Assembly (NCBI GenBank): GCA_973895155.1
Contig: OZ316892.1
Coordinates: 5,922,476 to 5,986,475, forward strand
Origin: Marsupella aquatica
Taxonomy: Eukaryota; Plantae; Marchantiophyta
Length of the DNA: 64,000 bases
Direction: 5' to 3'
Below the pieces are notes generated by a model. The model saw only the letters and a program-made list of their open reading frames with translations. It was not told the DNA's origin and searched no databases. Made by a program: the position numbers and the translations under genes. Shown piece after piece: positions 9,170-20,641 of this stretch; the first letter of the stretch is position 1, and each line of letters opens with the position of its first letter.

Positions 9170-9796
9170 GTGATCCGAAGCAGATCCGCTGTTGGCGTTC
9201 GGCACGTAACTAAAACGATTTCATCTCCTTCCTGCCATCCATTTGCGACGTGGAAATTGATGGCTGAAGGAAAGTCGGACGGATACTATAGTACTGGCAA
9301 GAGAAAAGTGCAAGAAGCCAATCCTAACTCATGTTTTGTTGATGTTGGCACTGATTGTGCAATTGCATTTGAGTCTGATGATAATCCTGCTCCAAGTACT
9401 AGATCTGGAAAAAGAAAGGGAGTAAAGAATAAGGCTATGGAGGAGGCAATCTCAGCAGGTAAGAAATATTTTTGGTTGGGTCGGATTGTCCAAATGAGAC
9501 AAAAGTATGGTAGTAGGTGGGGCAATTGTCGGTCACCAATTGATTTGATGGATAGGCCAACTCCACTCGCAGGGCAATCAGGTAGCATTTGTGAACTGTT
9601 GTTAAATTGGTATAGTCCTATTGGTAAAAGCAAAAGTGAATTCAGATATGATACCACTGATTTGAAATGGATGGATATTGAAATGGTCATTGCTAGTGTT
9701 AGTTTAACCATGAAAGAAGGGGTTATGGATCGTATCTATGTGTTGGATCTAATAGATGGACTTGCATTGGATCAATATCTTCAAACAATGGTATGA
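9170..9796 (+). CDS. Hypothetical TE-associated protein (beta-rich, weakly BAH-like)
   Basis: 208-aa uninterrupted ORF with natural composition; YFWLGRIVQM...LLLNWY resembles BAH-type strands. Function uncertain. Confidence 0.45.
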   Translation: MIRSRSAVGVRHVTKTISSPSCHPFATWKLMAEGKSDGYYSTGKRKVQEANPNSCFVDVGTDCAIAFESDDNPAPSTRSGKRKGVKNKAMEEAISAGKKYFWLGRIVQMRQKYGSRWGNCRSPIDLMDRPTPLAGQSGSICELLLNWYSPIGKSKSEFRYDTTDLKWMDIEMVIASVSLTMKEGVMDRIYVLDLIDGLALDQYLQTMV

Positions 9797-9882
9797 ATGT
9801 CATGCTATTATTTAGTTTTTGAGAGTCTGTATATATATTTTGTTTTGTTAATATTAGTGGGTGTAGTGGGATAGGATAGGGG

Positions 9883-9942
9883 GTGACGGATTGGCAACTT
9901 GAGATCCTTTCTCAATTAGGGGTTCAATTCCCCTCCGTCACA
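9883..9942 (+). other. tRNA-like fold lacking a D-arm
   Basis: Acceptor stem GTGACGG/CCGTCAC (7 bp), stem TTGAGA/TCTCAA, T-stem AGGGG/CCCCT with loop TTCAATT. Confidence 0.45.
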
Positions 9943-10324
9943 TGTTACATCTCTCAACAGAAGTTTTAAATGGAGTATGGATGGAGCATGGGATTGGTGA
10001 TCAATGGGTGGAATGGATTATTCATGTTGTGACCTTAAAGGCCATCGCACTTATGCACGTAAGGTTTATATTGGGATGACCTTTTAGGTACACTATAAAT
10101 GATGCATTGAAATGATCAAAGTTTAAGGTCGAAAAAGGTGCAAGAACTGTTACAGGGCGTGCCATGTCTGACATACGACTTCACAAGGTACTGACATAGA
10201 CTTATCTTTTCTTTCTAGGCATTTTTTATTGATATGTGACACTTTACTTCACAAATTATAGGGGCAATACAAATTGGATTTTAGACTCTTAGAAGAAAGA
10301 AAGAGGGAGAAAAAAAATTTCAAC

Positions 10325-11074
10325 TTAATAAGTATGGGGGTCTAGGCATGAAAACGTCGCAGGTGATGGGGGGGTCCTCCATATAGTGAGACCCCCGAGG
10401 TTCACATTTACGTTCTGAGAAATTGGTGGTTCCGTTTCGGGGCGCTCATCATTGTCTGAGCCTTCATCAACATACAATTCGCGGTGACCAGGCAGCCCAC
10501 ACGCAACTGTGCTCGGAGGCGAAACATTAGCTCTCTCCCCATAAATTGCATGCATACGCTCGAAATATGGGCAGATCTTCTCGTACTTGTCAGCGAGAGT
10601 AAGGCCCTGTCTCAACTCCGCTTCTATCAATCCAGCCCCTGAGTCTCGCTTCATCGCCAGGGCCTCCTTGTACTTCTTAATGTACCGCTGAAACCTTTTC
10701 CCAAGATTATCTCCTGTGGTCACAAATTTGGGGAAGCCGCTATCATGAAGGTCAATGAGCATTTTTTTGAACACGGTCTTCTTTGGCGGATGTCTACCAA
10801 TGACAGATGGGCGGCTACTGGTGCCATTCAACATAGCAAAATTCTCAGGGACTTCCAACCAATCAACAATGTGCGCGAGCAACAGCTTAATACGATTATC
10901 TCCACCTGAGGCCATTGTTGAAGCTGCTGTGACAATGTTGGCGTCGGAGTCGGGAGGCTGGGAATCACGAATGACAACTTCTGAAGGCGAGTACCGTGGT
11001 CGATGCGGGTAGGGGAAAAGATGATGGATCACCAGAGGAATGTCCTGTGTGAACGCCATGTTTGCCATTGTCAA
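10325..11074 (-). CDS. Myb/SANT-like (trihelix-type) DNA-binding protein, Harbinger ORF2-like
   Basis: IVDWLEVPENF...KKTVFKKM...LGKRFQRYIKKYKEA...SGAGL...KICPYFERMHAIYGER; the CPYF..M..I.G.R ending is characteristic. No adjacent transposase seen. Confidence 0.65.
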   Translation of the reverse strand: MTMANMAFTQDIPLVIHHLFPYPHRPRYSPSEVVIRDSQPPDSDANIVTAASTMASGGDNRIKLLLAHIVDWLEVPENFAMLNGTSSRPSVIGRHPPKKTVFKKMLIDLHDSGFPKFVTTGDNLGKRFQRYIKKYKEALAMKRDSGAGLIEAELRQGLTLADKYEKICPYFERMHAIYGERANVSPPSTVACGLPGHRELYVDEGSDNDERPETEPPISQNVNVNLGGLTIWRTPPSPATFSCLDPHTY

Positions 11075-11977
11075 TCCTCCCTACACAATTCATTTGGCTA
11101 TCAAATTCCGCGAGGGAATTGCACTTTCAAAATTTCTCCACAATCGACGCTCGCATTCATGGACCTTCAAGCACTTTGCGGCGGGTTCAAAAACTGGAGC
11201 GGGGGAAGAGTTTCGCATATTAGATGGTTTTTGATGGTTACTGCCTTAACCATGGTTCGCCCTAAACCCACGTTAAATGCACTGCGGGCCCCTTTCACAT
11301 CTGACTACCCCAGGCAATGCTTGCCCGGGCTCGCCCTCTCGCGGGCCGCCCGAGTGCCTCCGGGGCCGCCCGTGGGCGTGATTTTTTTTTGGTATTTGAG
11401 ACGCCCTAGTACGTTGCGCTTTAACACATATACCATCCCTCTTGCTGACCAAACAGTAAGGAACATGATTGGCCTTTTAGAAATTCAATGCTATTTATAA
11501 GTATTCTACAACTACTAAGGGGCTAAAGATGACTTTGCGAGAGGCCGGGCCTCATTGTTTTTTTCTTCCCTCAGAGATTAAATCTGAAGTGTAATGAGTG
11601 TAAAAGGTTGCAGTTGACTTTACTTGAATTGGGGCCTCATTCAAGTATGGTGTCTACTGCATCGCAAAGCAGTAAGACCAAGGAAATGCTGATATGGAAC
11701 GCTTTCTTTGTCTAGAAGTTTAGATCACCTCCAAAGGTGATTCAAACATTTCCAACCTTTGGCTCCTCATTCAAGGGATCTGCAATTATTGAACTTCAAT
11801 TCGAATATTTTTTGGTCTGTGTCTATGAACACTAGTGCCCCAAGTCTTGATTTTTGATCTGGAGTCTATCTTTATAATAGGAAGTGCTTTGGTGACAAGT
11901 GCCCGAAGTCTTGTAAAGGTAGATGATCTGCATCGGCGGAATCGGAAGTATGCTTCTGACAAGAGGGCGTGCATGCT

Positions 11978-14496
11978 CTATCTGTGAGGGGGAGCAATAA
12001 ACGAGGCCTCGTCGGTGTCGGCCGTCGTTCCAATTTTGGAGGTCCACAAGCTAGACAGCGTGATTCGGATTGGCGAGCCCTTCTTAGTACGAGGCATATA
12101 GCTACGGACGAGGTTCTCGTCTGGATCAACAAGGGACCATTTGAATCTCTTCAGGAAGTGGTGAAGAAATATGAGGATCTCCATCTTGGCGAACTCCATT
12201 CCTGGGCAGATGCGTAAGCCCGCTCCGAACGGAAGGAACACGTATGGGCTTGGCCGACGGGCAGCAGAAAACCTGGACGGCTCATAGCTGTCTGGGTTTT
12301 CGAAGAAAGCAGGTTGTCTGTGCGACCTGTCTTGACTCCAGAATATCTGCATGTGCACGGGCAGCAGCCAAGAAATCAGCACAGCTTAACATTCAATCTC
12401 AGTAGCAATCAGTCCACTAAAACATAAATGCTGTTAGAAATTGGTAACACGTGCCAACCATTCTGCCCCTTTCCTTGGGACAATGTTGGATTAATAATCT
12501 TTCGTGTACAGGAAATCGCATCATCTAGTCCAAAGGTATATGATCATACAGAAAACATTTTGAAACGGGATTTTGACGGTGATAGTTGGGGGTGGAGCTT
12601 CCTGAAGAGCATAGAAAACCGATGCTCTTACCTTGAATTTGCACCAGGAGATTTGGACTACGAGATAACAGTCATTGTTCCAGAGACGACAAAGATAATC
12701 TGTTCTGAGTGGGATGACGATAGAAATAACCAAGCGAATTGTTTGAGGTATTGACTGACGTGTTCATGATCATGACTAGAGCGCCAGATCCTTGAAACTA
12801 GGACTGAATGTAGGCACAGACTGGACAACTCTGAGGCATTGCTTAATACAAATTATTCTCTCCTTGAACTTTGCGTTGACCAACCGAAACTAGGATTCAA
12901 GACACAATGGTCAAGAACGTAAGAGACAGGACAAGAAACGAACCTTCCAGCCCTTGAGAATGGTGTAACCGTTGTATTGGAAATCCCTGGTCGCTTGACG
13001 GTATCCAAAGGGTAAAATTGTCGTCTGTCGCATCGTCTCTTGTACAACCTGCCATGTGTAGATCATGCTCCTCAAATCCTCCATCTTCAACGGCTCCCCT
13101 TCCTTTTTCCTAGCCGCAATAAGCCTATGCTCTGCACATGATATTGAACGACTTTAATCTCTTCTTAGCAGTCCATTCTACTTACCCAGAGCAAACAATT
13201 TACCAGCGTGAGTTCATCATCATGCACTGAGGCCGGATTCCTTCGATGGGCTGGTAGCGCATTGCTCTACGGCACAGTTACATATACGGGAAGAGAAAGT
13301 GCCCGAGGAAAGAAACCTGTACTGTACGCGTACCTTAATTTGTAAACTCACAAGGGGCGTGGTACAATTATTTAAGCTGTGGCATAAATGAGAAGCAAAA
13401 TTGAGTAAAATTGGATGAAATTGGGTATGATCTGCTGGGGATGTGTAGATTCTATACCCTCTATGAGCTTCTCGTAAACTTCCGGATGCTTGGCAATGTC
13501 GCTGATAGTCAAGGTCAGAGTGGATGCGGTCGTGTCATGACCTGCATACAGCATGATCACAAGATTATTTTGTATGAATTCATCGCTCCAAACCTGACCG
13601 CTTTCATCAGGCTGACTGAGCAAGACCGAGAGCAGGTCTTGATCCGGAGCAGCTGTTCCTTCTTTCAGCTCCTGCCTTCTGCTCTCCATCAAGTCAGCAA
13701 CAATTCCGAAGAGAACAACTCTTGCTTTGAGAGCCCGGTGGAATACGAATCCTGGCAGGTTGATTGGCCAGCTCAACAATCCTCTGGACCATTCTTTGAA
13801 TGCACGGCTCAACTTCTCTATTTCTGCACTTCCAGTTTTCACGGTGAGCCCGAAACAGAGTTCCATGATAAATTCGAATGTGAATTTGGTTAATATATTC
13901 TGAGTGCAGATCTCTTCTCCCGTGTCAGCTTTGCCCAACCAGTGTTTGTTCAAATGCCCAAGAGAATTCCGTTCCATCTGTTCCACGTAACGAAGCAAGG
14001 ATTCGGGCCCCAAGAACTTGCCCACAAGGTGATGGCGAACAACTCTGTGCGCTTCCTCGTCTAGTGTCAGGAGAGAATTTACCACTGTTAGATCAGCCAT
14101 TGACTTTGGGTACGCCTTGTGGACCAATTTGTGTTCCGAGCTGAGGAGAAATCTATTGCCTGCAGGCGGGTCCAGAAGGACAACCGTGACCCCCATGATG
14201 GACAGCTTAAAAATGGGGCCATATTTGGCCACTTTCTGGTCGAAAAACGTCTTCATTCCGTTTCTGCTATAACTTCTCATAAACATCAGGGTATCCCACA
14301 TCACATAAGGCAGCCCCACACGGCCTGGAGGAAATACTACTCCACTCGCCTTCCTCTTCTTCTCGCTCTGTGCTTCAAGAATCCAAAATGTACTGCTGAG
14401 AGCCGAGCTGAGAATCAGAACCGTGACGAGCACGATAATGTTTCCCGTCCCTAATCTATCAGAAATGCAGTCCCAAACACTCGTCGACTGATCCAT
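11978..14496 (-). CDS. Cytochrome P450, CYP85 clan (CYP716-like), 3 exons, ~531 aa
   Basis: Exons 14496-13458, 13131-12944 and 12346-11978. N-terminal TM anchor, PPGRVGLP hinge, I-helix AGHDTT, ETMR (ExxR), PSRF, heme motif FGAGLRICPG. Confidence 0.93.
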
Positions 14497-17400
14497 TGCT
14501 CTTCCTCTTTGCTCTTCAAACGAGCTGAAGCACTATTAACTTCTGCCCAACACAAACTCGAAAGCTATTCGACAACGGAATCTCCTGGGACAGTCCTTCA
14601 AATTAGAATTTCAACTAGCTAGGGTCAGGCTCGAATCCCAACCATTGTTAACCCAAATTACTGCGCAGACAACAGACTATCAGAAGTACGCGCCAAAGCA
14701 ATGCCAAGCTTGATTCAGTACTGTATTTGTCAAGGCTGGAGCCACCTTCACTCTTGTGGATAAACGACAATTGCGTAAATTTCGAAGCAGACCATCGCCA
14801 GTACTGGCAGGAATTACTAAAGCTAGACTTTTGAAGGGAAGAACCTGAGCGTTGAAGCTTTGTCCAAAATATGACCACTGCAGTGGCTTCCTTAACTCAG
14901 GACTCGAACCGAAAAAGCTAGTGCAGCTAGGACCGGTCCCCTTCCTTCATCAGACTGTAGACACAGATAACAATATGCAAAGCAACACACGGGCCTGGAT
15001 TGGATACTTGCTCTCAGAGCTACCAGGCCGGACCACTCACTCAGTACGTTCACTCTGAAGGCCAAGTCTACAGCTATATATTCTTTTTCTCTTGAACGGA
15101 AAGAGTCAGACCATGCAGCCTCGTCCAAACCCTGTTATCTCTGGGGTTTACTGTCCCACATTGAATATAAAACACCCACTTGAACACAGCGAAGTTTCAA
15201 AGTACATTGCATGTGTTGTGAACCAACTAGATTGAGGGGTAACTGACGTTACTTCACAGAAAGCTTGCATGCCCATCGACATAACAAGTCCTGAAATTTG
15301 GCTCTCAGAAATTTGAGAATTGAGACTTCACCCGACTCTTAAGCTCCGATTTCTGCTTCCACTCTCCCGCCTCTTTATATTTTCTTCCCGGCTAGGAGAA
15401 GTTCTCAAGAGACGGAAATGCTCGTGTCAACCGGCCAACTGAATCATATCTTTTCTTATCTACTCCTAATTAAAGGGAAATTTTGAAGAGACGGAGGTGC
15501 GTGTATCAGAAACCACTGCATCTGAATCATATCTTTTCCTATCCACCCCTAAAGTAGATGGCTGACACTCATTCACTTCATGAGTTTATTCGGTGTTCTT
15601 TGTTGTAGCGCTTCAATCGTCGAAGACAAAGAACTAAGTATAGAAAAAATGCCATTAAGGCCTGAACTGGAGGATGACTCCTCCATTACTTCCCACGTAT
15701 GAATTTGATTCGAGATCAGTCACGTACGTTCTTCCTACCAATTTCAGACATGAACCGATGGTGCTATCGATCCACTCAACCACCAGATCTCACACAATGG
15801 CGGGCCGTGGTTGCCTCTAGCTCCTTCCGTTACCCTACAGATTCCCTGCGTTAGAATTCTCGAACTAATCCTAACTTTCAGATGACATGAGATGAGCTGA
15901 GATTCACGAGGTCCAAGAGATTGTGCCTTCCAATGTCACGTTGGAGGGACCACCAAGATCGTCCATAGAGACCAGAATCTGGAAAAGGTGAACAATGAGA
16001 TTTGTTCCATGTGTAACGGAAAAAAGAAAGCACTGAACACTTGATAAAAAAAACTTTGCTCTTCTGGACGTACCCAAGTTTTGTGCTAAAGTGCATCATC
16101 GTCAATCTAGGGAAATCTTTGTCATTGTAATGGCAATCCTTGGTTTGAGTCCAGATGCAGAAGATTGACTGTCCACTATGTATAAGTGCATCCTCCCAGG
16201 AAGCAACCATGCACTTATGCACAGAATGCACTCTGTTATAAGTGCATGGAAAAAATATGTTATGCACTTACCCATATGTGCACAATATGCACTACCCCAT
16301 AAGTGCATGGAAAATGGTTATGTATTTCCCCCTTTAAAGCAAACAAATAGGGTCCATTTCCTCTTTGCCATGATATTGTACGTTGTGGTGCATTCCTCCA
16401 CAGTATTATAGTGGAGGTCAAAATTGCACTACTGTCAAAGTCTAAGAGTACACCTTTGATTTTTAACACCTTCAAATTTAGAACATTATTGGAAAGCTCC
16501 AAATTTTGGTATAGAAACCTTGTCCTCTCTTGTAAGTCTCAAAATTGGATTGCAATGATCAACCCCCTGAGTTTAGGGGAGCATAGGGGCCAAATTTACA
16601 AGTTCCTAAAAGCCTTGTTCCATGCCTGCTCAAATCCTAAAACCCGAGCCACACATTTCTGACTCCAATGTCATTTTCAGGGTTTATAGGGAAACTTTTC
16701 AACAACCAATATTGCTTTCAAGGATCTTGGGAAATCAGGGGATGAGGGTGATGCTCACATGGGACTGACCACACATGCAATTGACATGCAAAGTTCTCAA
16801 GTCCCGTATATTGAATATCTGAGAAAATCAAGGGATGAGGCACATGGCCTTGACAACAACACAACGGACATTTGATTGACTGGAGAGCAATCAAAAATTC
16901 TCTCATATAGGGATCAGTAAACCACAAAATAGGAGCCACTAGATGACGTGGAGGATCAACCATGCCTCGCAATCACCAAAGTGATTCATCCATCACAAAC
17001 AGTCATCATTTGGGTCATTTTGATATTTTTATTGGATGTAGAATAGAGTAGTCCAAAATTTTGCATTTGTTTTCTGTTTTTGCTTTCACGTTAGGGTAGG
17101 ACCTCACCTGGTATCTGAAAAACATACTCTAACTTAACCCTCAGGGTTAAGGCTTAAATGGGTACCAAGATACGGGATGCCCCCCATACAAGACTAAGTC
17201 AGGCTTCCCAATATTAATCCAGTAAGTTGGAGCCCTAATGAGGTGTCAACCCCTGTGTCAACTTTTGACCAGAGGCTAGAGATGACAAATGAGTGGGTCT
17301 CCCGCTAACACCTATAGAAGGGTCAATAGGAATTATGCTCTTTTCCGTGTTACAAAATGACAGCCCATTCTGATCAGAGGAGTTTGGCTATTGGCTAGAA

Positions 17401-17520
17401 TTAAAAATGCCACAATTTTGTAGTGCTTTAACCAAGAAGTAAACATTGTGGTGACCTGTGAGCGTTTTCTACACCAATTAATAGATGCTCGTTTTATTCA
17501 AACTTTAAAAGTAGAGTAAA

Positions 17521-19115
17521 GTATCATGAGAGGTCTTGGGCTGGTGTAGGTAGTTCACATCAAAATTTGTTTTAGCTTTTTATTAGTCGTCTTTTTATTA
17601 GTCGTCTTTTAGGGCCAGGTACTTTACTCTCATCTCCGTGGCTTCATCGACAGCTCAGTCTTCCTATTTCTCACGGTGGTTTTGGGCTTACTTCCACTGA
17701 GCGCCTTGCACCTTTGGCCTTCTTGGGCGCGTGGGCGGCCGCCTTCTCATTGTTGGCAGATCGTTTCCTTACTGAGGATCGACCTTTTTTACTTTCATCT
17801 CTCATGGAGGTCGAGGAGGGTTCCCTCCCATTTCAGGTTCATTTGCGCACGGCTCGGTCATCATTACCCGATCCTGTTCGAGCTGCGTTACCTTCATTCC
17901 AGGAGTTTTTATCCTTGGACCCCGTCCGTCTTCAGGCAGACCTTGCTGGGCGTATGCACGCTTTCACCCTCTCCAGCATCCTCACCGAGGCACCTGACAC
18001 GGACCGAGCTCGGATTCTTTCTTCCGGAGGGAAGGGCGCAGGAGGCTGGCTTCAGGCCAATCCAGTCATTCCTCACCTGCGGATGTCTTCAGCGGAGTTT
18101 GCGACAGCCATGCGCCTTCGTATGGGCTTGCCCCACCCACTTCTTGCTGGTTTACCTCCTACTTGCACTTGTGGGAAGCCTTGTGATGCCACAGGTGTCC
18201 ATCTTCTTCGATGCAGTTTGGGCGGCAAAACCATTTTTGTTCACGACGCTGTGAGAGATGCGACTGCTCAGGTTCTCTCTGGCTCTTTGGTCTGCGCGCG
18301 GCGGGAGGTGGTGCTCGAGTTACCTGGTCCTCCATCACAGCGGTTACGGGTGGATCTTACCATGGTCCGTGACGGTCACCGTACTTTGGCAGATGTAGTG
18401 GTGGCAAACCCATTGCGCCAAGACATCATTGGGACAGCGGCAACAACGGCAGGGGCAGCAGCATCACGAGCAGCACAAACGAAGGAGGCCAAATATGCTG
18501 CACGAGCTTCATCTGATAGCTTCCTGCCCCTTGCTCTTGAGATATTTGGGCGTCTTCATCATCAGTTCGACGGGCTTCTTCGCCAAGCTGCTCGGGATGT
18601 TCACGGCCGGATGGGTCCCACCGGGCCCCCGCTATCTGTTTTGACCACGCACTTTCGCCAACGCATTTCAGTCACCTTACAGCGTGCTCAAGCTCGGGCC
18701 GTCTATCGTCGATCTCTGACAGTGGGTGCTAGTGTGACTCCGCAGCGGCTAGCCCCCCTAGAGGACATTCCTGTCCCACTTGCCGATCTAGTTTCGACAC
18801 TTGATGTAGACCACTAGCTTGTAGTCACATTTGCTAGGTATGATGAGGACCTCGGTCCATTTGCGGTAGTTTTAGTTACTCTTTCTTGGTTTTTAGGGGT
18901 TTCCTTTTGCTCACTTCTTTTAGTTCCTCTTTCTTGGTTTTTAGGGTTTCCTTTTGCTCACTTCTTTTGCGTTTGGTTTTGTCCACTTGGGACCTCTCTT
19001 GTTTATTCTTTTGTACTCTATTTGGCCTTTTTCTATATAAAGTATGTGTATATTCTCTTTGGGAAAAGAAGTCTGCACGACATCCCATGTTATCCAAAAC
19101 GGTTCCATCTAAAAG
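17521..19115 (+). mobile_element. 5'-truncated non-LTR retrotransposon with restriction-like endonuclease (CRE-clade-like)
   Basis: Open frame about 17612-18817: RT thumb LPISHGGFGL, AGGWL..P, zinc knuckle CTC..D..G.HLLRC, HDAVRD, RVDL, ADVVVANP, KEAKY, FLPLALEIFG, RQRISVTLQR. T-rich 3' UTR with a ~45-bp duplication. Candidate TSD AGTAGAGTAAA at 17510-17520 and 19116-19126. Confidence 0.85.
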
Positions 19116-19449
19116 AGTAGAGTAAAACTAGTATGTGGGTCCAGTTAAATTCTTCCTAGTAAATCAGATTGCCAAGATGCATTCACTGAGTGTCTTGTAT
19201 GGACTAGATCAATGTATTGTCAAAGTGCATTCAAATGAGTGTTTTATAGAGACTAGATGATATTGCCAAAGTGCATTCAAACAGGTCATTGTGGACCATG
19301 ACCCCCAAAAAAATAAGCGCCTTAACACAAGTGTTGAGGGGCTATTGTTGCCCATAATGCACTACTACCAGGGGGTTCAAATTGAAAGGCCTAAGAGTTT
19401 AATTTTTTTTTAGTAAAAGTGGAGGAGAAGTTTCATATTGCCCCCTTCC

Positions 19450-19705
19450 AAGTCTGGACTCTGCATTCTTCTCCATAAGGCACCAAAATTTACAAAGACA
19501 AAAATCACTACTGACATGTACATTCTTCTCCATTGGGTCCTCTCCACAAGGCACCAAAAATTGCCAAGCGAAAAACCACTCTGCCTTCTTCTTCATGCAT
19601 TCTTCTCCATAAGGCACCACAAATTACAAAGAGATAACCTCAAGCATGGACTCTGCCTTCTTCTTCATGCATCCTTCTCCAGAAGGCACTGCAAATTACA
19701 AAGAG
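19450..19705. repeat. Degenerate tandem repeat, about 4 copies of a 50-70 bp unit
   Basis: Recurrent (CTCTGCC)TTCTTC..CATTCTTCTCCA(T/C)AAGGCACCAAAATTAC(AAAG). Confidence 0.75.
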
Positions 19706-20641
19706 TAAAAGCACTGCAGGCATTAAGGTTCGAAAAACCTCTTAAGGGTATTATGGCTCGGGACCACATCCATTTCAGCAGCAGCCCTAGTCCATTGGAC
19801 TCACATCTGCATGGCTGCTGACTTTGCTTTTGTTTCCATGGTATTCCTAGGGGCTTGCTTTGTGCCCTTGTGGCAGTGTGCATTGCTCTGCGATAAGTAT
19901 TGTGCCCTCTAGTTCTCTGCATTATTTTGGGTTGGGCTCAAAACGCTTGGTCTTCTCCTAGAGAGATATCTGTTACAATGTGAAATGGTTTGCAGCTGCG
20001 TTGGCCTGAAGATACTGGCGAGGATACTGGTCATGTACAGATATAAGTGCCCTCATGCAAATCCTGTGACTAGCTCTGTTATTTATTCATCTCAAGCCTC
20101 AGCCGCGTTGCAGACAAAATCAAGACCCCTAATGTGCAGAATTCTGGGAGACACAGCCAAGGTTACGCACAGTCTGATCGAATTGAAGCAGTTTTCAGAA
20201 CTGTGAACTTCTACTACAGTAGGTAAGGGTTTGGGACTGCACATATAATCCCCTTCAGTTCATGGTCAGCAAAATTGCAACTCTTCCGGTAGATACAAAC
20301 TTTGGATGTCGTAAACCGTAATCACGAGCAGTCGCAAACTAAGGCATGGGGAGCGGTGTTGGTGAAAATTGTTCACCTCCAAAATGTGTCATCTTACATC
20401 TCCTGTTGGGTTGCACTTTTGGCTTATGTATATATTACCTTCAGTTTTGGAATTGGCCTTTCCCGACTGAACAAGAGTCTTTTCTGTGGATGACTTGTAG
20501 ATGTCTGACAAGGGGACTAAATGTGGCTTCTCGTGCACCGTGAGAAGCCACTTGTACATGCAGAGACAGAGGAGTCCAGCTCCATTCCTTTGTGTGGGCG
20601 GGAAAGAGTGATGGTCGGAGTCAACTCAAGTGGGCAATAAC

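Noticed and set aside
8455-11408. hAT element bounded by TAGGG...CCCTA
   Set aside because: Only 5 bp of terminal match and no 8-bp target-site duplication.
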